Virus record (IMG/VR): IMGVR_UViG_2681813145_000006
Length of the DNA: 41,316 nucleotides
Reading direction: 5' to 3' (one strand)
Source of the DNA: a virus
Lineage: Duplodnaviria; Heunggongvirae; Uroviricota; Caudoviricetes
A model generated the notes under the pieces. The model ran no database searches and had not been told where the DNA came from. It saw only the letters and a list, made by a program, of their open reading frames with translations. Positions 36,555 through 41,316 of this stretch are shown here, one piece after another. The position numbers were made by a program, and so were the translations under genes. The stretch's first letter is position 1, and each line of letters starts with the position of its first letter.

Positions 36555-38996
36555 ATGAGCACTGATAAAGAAGAATTTGCACTATATTGCGAAGCAAAAA
36601 ATGACAAAGTAAGAAAACGCCTAGGAATTAAAGGTGGTTTTTACTGGACTACAGCAAAAAAATTATCTGTTGCAATCTCCCGCTGCATTACCGCAATGGA
36701 TGACAACGATTATGATGAAGACGACTTTAAAAAACCCGTCCGCGTCAATTTGCCCGTTGTTGACGACCTTCCGCCAGAAGGCGTGTTTGATACTGAATTC
36801 TGCAACCGCTATGAAAAAGGCGGGAAAGATGGCATCACAATGACATTTATCGGCCCTTCCCCCTCTGTTCAGGACAAACCAGCCAGCACTGACAATACCA
36901 ACATCAACGGCGAAGACATGGCTGAGATTGAGGAGAGCATGCTTCTGCCTGTCTCCGGTCAGGAACTGCCCATTCGTTGGCTTGCTCAACACGGCAGCGA
37001 AAAACCAGTAACGCACGTTTCACGCGACGAACTCCAGGCATTACACATTGCACGGGCTGAAGAACTACCGGCTGTTACTGCCCTGGCTATTTCGCATAAA
37101 ACCAGTCTGCTCGACTCGCTGGAGATTCGCGACCTCCACAAACTGGTTCGTGACACTGACAAAGTTTTCCCTAATCCTGGTAATTCAGACCTGGGACTAA
37201 TAACTGCTTTTTTCGAAGCATACCTGGACGCTGACTACACTGATCGGGGTCTGCTGACAAAAGAGTGGATGAAAGGAAATCGTGTTTCACGCATCACCCG
37301 CACGGCTTCCGGTGCTAATGCTGGCGGTGGGAACAAAACCGATCGCAATCCGAATTTAGTACACACCCTCGACACACTGGATGTGGAGATTGCAGCAGCC
37401 ACACTTCCGATGGATTTTAATATTTATGAAATTCCGGGCAGCGTTTATCGTCGCGCAAAAGAAGTAGTCCTGAACAAAGAAAGTCCGTTCAAAGAATGGT
37501 CCGCAGCACTTCGTGCAACCCCGGGTATTCTGGACTATTCCCGCGCCGCTATTTTTGCACTTATCCGAAGCGCACACCCTGAATTTTATCACTACCCGGG
37601 ACGCCTTCAGGGGTATATCAACGCCTATTTGACGGAAACTGATCACGAGAACCCCAGCAAGGAAACTCTCACAGCTGCCCGGCATACGCCGGAAAAAGAT
37701 ATCCTGGAAGAAATTAACCGCGAGGTGGTTACTGAGCGTGAAACAGAAGAAGAAAAACCACAACCATCTGACGCAATGGCAGGTGAACAGGCAACAACTG
37801 AAACAATGGAACCGGATACAACTGAACATGGCCAAAACGCGCAGTCGCTGGATGCTCAGTCGCAGGTGAGTTCCGCTAACCAAGTAAAAGTCACCGCTGA
37901 CGAAGTAAACAAAATTATGCAGGCAGCCAATATCAGCCAGCCTGACGCCGATAAGTTACTTGCTGTATCGCGTGGTGAATTTGTTGAGGGGATTAGCGAC
38001 CCTAATGATCCGAAATGGGTCAAGGGGATCCAGACTCGCGATTCTGTGAACCAGAACCAGCATGAATCGGAACGGAACGACCAAAAAGCGGAACAAAATA
38101 GCCCAAATGCGTTACAAAACGAGCCAGAAACGAAACAATCCGAACCAGTAGCGCAACAGGAACCGGAAAAAGTCTGCACCGCCTGCGGTCAGAGCGGTGG
38201 CGGCAACTGCCCTGATTGTGGCGCGGTGATGGGCGACGCAACATACCAGGAAACATTCGATGAAGAGAATCAGGTTGAAGTTCAGGAAAATGATCCGGAG
38301 GAAATGGAAGGCGCTGAACATCCACACAAGGAGAACCCTGGCGGCAATCAGCATCACGCCAGCGATAATAAAACTGGCGAGACGGCAGATCACTCAATTA
38401 AGGTGACCGGTCATCACGAAATCACATCCACCAGCAGGACGTGTGACCATCTAATGATCGACCTTGAAACCATGGGAAAAAATCCTGATGCCCCGATCAT
38501 CTCAATAGGTGCAATATTTTTCGATCCGCAAACCGGAGATATGGGACCGGAATTTAGTAAGACTATCGATCTGGAAACTGCTGGCGGAGTCATTGATCGG
38601 GACACCATTAAATGGTGGCTTAAGCAATCACGCGAAGCGCAATCTGCCATTATGACCGATGAAATCCCGTTAGATGATGCACTGTTACAATTGCGGGAAT
38701 TTATCGACGAAAACTCCGGTGAATTTTTTGTTCAGGTCTGGGGAAATGGAGCCAACTTCGACAACACGATTTTGCGCCGTTCATACGAACGGCAGGGGAT
38801 CCCCTGCCCGTGGCGTTACTACAACGATCGCGATGTACGCACAATCGTTGAGCTGGGGAAAGCCATAGACTTCGATGCCAGAACGGCTATTCCATTCGAA
38901 GGTGAGCGCCATAATGCACTTGATGACGCTCGTTACCAGGCAAAATACGTTTCAGCTATCTGGCAAAAACTGATCCCGAGTCAGGCTGATTTTTAA
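36555..38996 (+). CDS. Large RecE-like prophage protein with C-terminal DEDDh (DnaQ-like) 3'-5' exonuclease domain, 813 aa
   Basis: ATG at 36555; long N-terminal and central region that I recall as shared with RecE; C-terminal motifs [20 protein letters not shown] and HNALDDARY. Confidence 0.7.
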   Translation: MSTDKEEFALYCEAKNDKVRKRLGIKGGFYWTTAKKLSVAISRCITAMDDNDYDEDDFKKPVRVNLPVVDDLPPEGVFDTEFCNRYEKGGKDGITMTFIGPSPSVQDKPASTDNTNINGEDMAEIEESMLLPVSGQELPIRWLAQHGSEKPVTHVSRDELQALHIARAEELPAVTALAISHKTSLLDSLEIRDLHKLVRDTDKVFPNPGNSDLGLITAFFEAYLDADYTDRGLLTKEWMKGNRVSRITRTASGANAGGGNKTDRNPNLVHTLDTLDVEIAAATLPMDFNIYEIPGSVYRRAKEVVLNKESPFKEWSAALRATPGILDYSRAAIFALIRSAHPEFYHYPGRLQGYINAYLTETDHENPSKETLTAARHTPEKDILEEINREVVTERETEEEKPQPSDAMAGEQATTETMEPDTTEHGQNAQSLDAQSQVSSANQVKVTADEVNKIMQAANISQPDADKLLAVSRGEFVEGISDPNDPKWVKGIQTRDSVNQNQHESERNDQKAEQNSPNALQNEPETKQSEPVAQQEPEKVCTACGQSGGGNCPDCGAVMGDATYQETFDEENQVEVQENDPEEMEGAEHPHKENPGGNQHHASDNKTGETADHSIKVTGHHEITSTSRTCDHLMIDLETMGKNPDAPIISIGAIFFDPQTGDMGPEFSKTIDLETAGGVIDRDTIKWWLKQSREAQSAIMTDEIPLDDALLQLREFIDENSGEFFVQVWGNGANFDNTILRRSYERQGIPCPWRYYNDRDVRTIVELGKAIDFDARTAIPFEGERHNALDDARYQAKYVSAIWQKLIPSQADF

Positions 38997-39054
38997 TGTT
39001 CAACCCTAATTGCCGCTAACCGTATATAGTTAGCGGCGGTTATGAGATATAGCT

Positions 39055-39258
39055 ATGAGCAGCTTATTTTTAACCGAAGATGAATTGCTAATATTAACGG
39101 GCTGCAAATATGCAAGCCACCAGCGAAAATGGTTAATGGAAAACGGGCTTCCGTTCTATACCAATCGTAGTGGCAAACCGATTGTCAGCCGGGATCTATT
39201 TACCTGCAATAAAACTTTACCACCACGCGAGGTAGAGCCGAATTTTGGTGCGATCTGA
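39055..39258 (+). CDS. xis: Excisionase-like small protein, 67 aa
   Basis: ATG at 39055; stop overlaps the int start (ATGA); position immediately 5' of the integrase gene. Confidence 0.5.
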   Translation: MSSLFLTEDELLILTGCKYASHQRKWLMENGLPFYTNRSGKPIVSRDLFTCNKTLPPREVEPNFGAI

Positions 39259-40283
39259 TGGGAAGACGAAGGAAAAATCCTGAACACGAAAAATTACCTC
39301 CAAATGTATACCCAAATAAATATAGTTATGTATGGAAACCAACATCCAGAGAATCTGTCACACTAACCGCCATCAAGGATGGTTTAGCTGCTTTATGGAA
39401 AAAGTATGAGGAAACTGTAAATAATCGCGATCGTGCAATGACATTCGGTCGCTTGTGGGAAAAATTCCTCGCCAGCGCCTATTACAGTGACCTTAGTCCA
39501 AGAACACAAAAAGATTATCTGCAACATCAAAAAAAGTTGCTTGCCGTATTCGGTAAGGTACCAGCGGATTCCATAAAACCAGAACACATCCGTCGATACA
39601 TGGACAAAAGAGGGGAGCAGAGTAAAACGCAAGCCAACCATGAAAAAAGCAGTATGTCCCGTGTTTACAGTTGGGGGTATGAGCGAGGGTACGTGAAGGC
39701 TAACCCATGTGCAGGTGTAAGTAAATTCAAGGCCAAAAACCGCGAACGATATGTAACCGACAAAGAATACCAGGCAGTATTAAGCGTTGCACCTCTTCCT
39801 GTTTTTATCGCAATGGAAATTGCCTATCTGTGTGCAGCGAGGGTTTCCGATGTGTTATCGCTGAAATGGGAACAGATTGGAAACGACGGGATATTCATCC
39901 AGCAAGGGAAAACCGGAAAAAAACAGATAAAAGCATGGAGTCCACGATTACAGGCAGCGATCGAAAAAGCAAAACAGTTACCAAAATCTGCCTATGTGAT
40001 CAGCAATCAATACGGCAACCGATATATGTACAAAGGCTTTAACGAAATGTGGGTAGATGCAAGAAATCGTGCTGGAAAAATTTCAGGTATTTTAACCGAC
40101 TTCACCTTTCATGATCTGAAGGCGAAAGGAATTTCAGACTATGAAGGAAGCAGCCGGGATAAGCAACTTTTCTCTGGTCACAAAACCGAAGGGCAAGTGC
40201 TAATCTATGACAGGAAGGTTAAAGTTTCACCAACACTTGATGTCCCGTTACCTGAAAATATTCCAAGAAAATATTCCAAGTAA
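39258..40283 (+). CDS. int: Tyrosine-type phage integrase, 341 aa
   Basis: ATG at 39258; C-terminal catalytic region FHDLKAKG...SGHKTEGQVLIYDR; adjacent to a tRNA gene. Confidence 0.85.
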   Translation: MGRRRKNPEHEKLPPNVYPNKYSYVWKPTSRESVTLTAIKDGLAALWKKYEETVNNRDRAMTFGRLWEKFLASAYYSDLSPRTQKDYLQHQKKLLAVFGKVPADSIKPEHIRRYMDKRGEQSKTQANHEKSSMSRVYSWGYERGYVKANPCAGVSKFKAKNRERYVTDKEYQAVLSVAPLPVFIAMEIAYLCAARVSDVLSLKWEQIGNDGIFIQQGKTGKKQIKAWSPRLQAAIEKAKQLPKSAYVISNQYGNRYMYKGFNEMWVDARNRAGKISGILTDFTFHDLKAKGISDYEGSSRDKQLFSGHKTEGQVLIYDRKVKVSPTLDVPLPENIPRKYSK

Positions 40284-40335
40284 TTCCAAGTGTGATTTTT
40301 GTCACTGACTTAATGATGTGTAAGTGATTGAATTT

Positions 40336-40425
40336 TGGCGGAGAGAGGGGGATTTGAACCCCCGGTGGAGTTGCCCCCACTCCGGTTTTCGAGACCGGTC
40401 CGTTCAGCCGCTCCGGCATCTCTCC
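40336..40425 (-). tRNA. serU: tRNA-Ser, anticodon CGA (serU-like), 90 nt
   Basis: Minus-strand sequence GGAGAGATGCCGGAGCGGCTGAACGGACCGGTCTCGAAAACCGG...GGTTCAAATCCCCCTCTCTCCGCCA; anticodon loop CUCGAAA; long variable arm; encoded CCA. Confidence 0.9.
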
Positions 40426-40518
40426 GTTCAGATGGTTGCCATGATGTCAGGAAATTTGGCATTTTAACAGTCCCTGTCCGTGCAATTTTGTTCAAGTGAC
40501 GAGTTTGCGAGCAAAACG

Positions 40519-41316
40519 ATGATTAAGTGGCCCTGGAAAGTACAAGAATCAGCACATCAAACTGCCCTTCCCTGGCAGGAAGCACTATCGATCCCCCTTT
40601 TAACGGGTCTGACGGAACAGGAACAAAGCAAATTAGTCACTCTTGCCGAACGTTTTTTACAGCAAAAGCGGCTTGTTCCTTTACAGGGCTTTGAACTGGA
40701 TTCATTAAGAAGCTGCCGGATAGCACTTCTATTTTGCCTGCCCGTTCTGGAGTTAGGACTGGAATGGCTGGATGGTTTTCATGAAGTCTTAATTTATCCT
40801 GCGCCATTTGTGGTCGATGATGAATGGGAAGACGATATCGGTCTGGTGCATAACCAACGTATTGTTCAGTCAGGTCAGAGCTGGCAGCAAGGGCCTATCG
40901 TTTTGAACTGGTTGGATATACAAGATTCTTTTGATGCATCTGGTTTTAACCTGATTATTCATGAAGTCGCTCATAAGCTGGACACCCGTAACGGCGATCG
41001 CGCCAGCGGAGTTCCCTTTATTTCGTTGCGTGAGGTTGCTGGCTGGGAACACGATCTTCATGCTGCAATGAACAACATTCAGGAAGAAATCGAATTAGTT
41101 GGTGAGAATGCGGCGAGCATTGATGCTTATGCTGCCAGTGATCCTGCTGAATGTTTTGCCGTACTTTCTGAATATTTCTTTAGCGCCCCAGAACTTTTTG
41201 CTCCTCGTTTCCCTTCATTGTGGCAACGTTTCTGTCAATTTTATCAACAAGATCCTTTGCAGAGACTGCATCACGCTAATGATACAGACTCGTTTTCGGC
41301 GACGAATGTTCATTAA
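40519..41316 (+). CDS. mtfA: Mlc titration factor MtfA (host gene), 265 aa
   Basis: ATG at 40519 ([14 protein letters not shown]...); metallopeptidase motif HEVAHKLD; the listed ORF start at 40480 is not an ATG. Confidence 0.85.
   Translation: MIKWPWKVQESAHQTALPWQEALSIPLLTGLTEQEQSKLVTLAERFLQQKRLVPLQGFELDSLRSCRIALLFCLPVLELGLEWLDGFHEVLIYPAPFVVDDEWEDDIGLVHNQRIVQSGQSWQQGPIVLNWLDIQDSFDASGFNLIIHEVAHKLDTRNGDRASGVPFISLREVAGWEHDLHAAMNNIQEEIELVGENAASIDAYAASDPAECFAVLSEYFFSAPELFAPRFPSLWQRFCQFYQQDPLQRLHHANDTDSFSATNVH

Noticed and set aside
37356-38650. Several minus-strand ORFs (37356-37883, 37856-38179, 38020-38397, 38112-38393, 38414-38650)
   Set aside because: All antisense within the 813-aa RecE-like gene; Cys/Phe-rich low-complexity translations.
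40480-40518. N-terminal extension of mtfA from the listed ORF start
   Set aside because: The listed start is not an ATG; the first ATG at 40519 gives the 265-aa protein starting MIKWPWKVQ.

Overview
This window is almost entirely one lambdoid prophage, read mostly on the minus strand, ending at its integrase-proximal junction next to a tRNA-Ser(CGA) gene (40336-40425) and the host gene mtfA (40519-41316). From the window start the order is: lambda-like tail module (tfa, stf, lom, J, I, K, L, M, H, G/GT), a non-lambda major tail/neck set, an HK97-type head module (capsid, protease, portal, terminase, HNH endonuclease), a lysis cassette, a Q-like antiterminator with a pR'/tR'-like promoter and terminator, RusA, a DUF968 protein, a Hok-family toxin, a QueH-like gene, a replication gene with iterons, a Qin/Rac-like immunity region, a plus-strand dicB-type operon including the DicF sRNA, a large RecE-like protein, xis and int. 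The most interesting locus is an AT-rich two-gene cassette (25332-27659) in the cargo slot between pR' and the lysis genes: a cytoplasmic protein of about 353 aa that I do not recognise, translationally coupled to a 169-aa four-helix membrane protein. An IS1 copy (26695-27462) with a perfect 9-bp target duplication splits the first gene, and deleting it in silico restores one continuous reading frame. Other notable points are a RecE-like scaffold carrying a DEDDh 3'-5' exonuclease domain with no recT partner, a prophage-borne QueH-like gene, and an antisense small gene with its own terminator inside the late operon. All calls rest on reading the sequence and recalled family knowledge; no searches were run.
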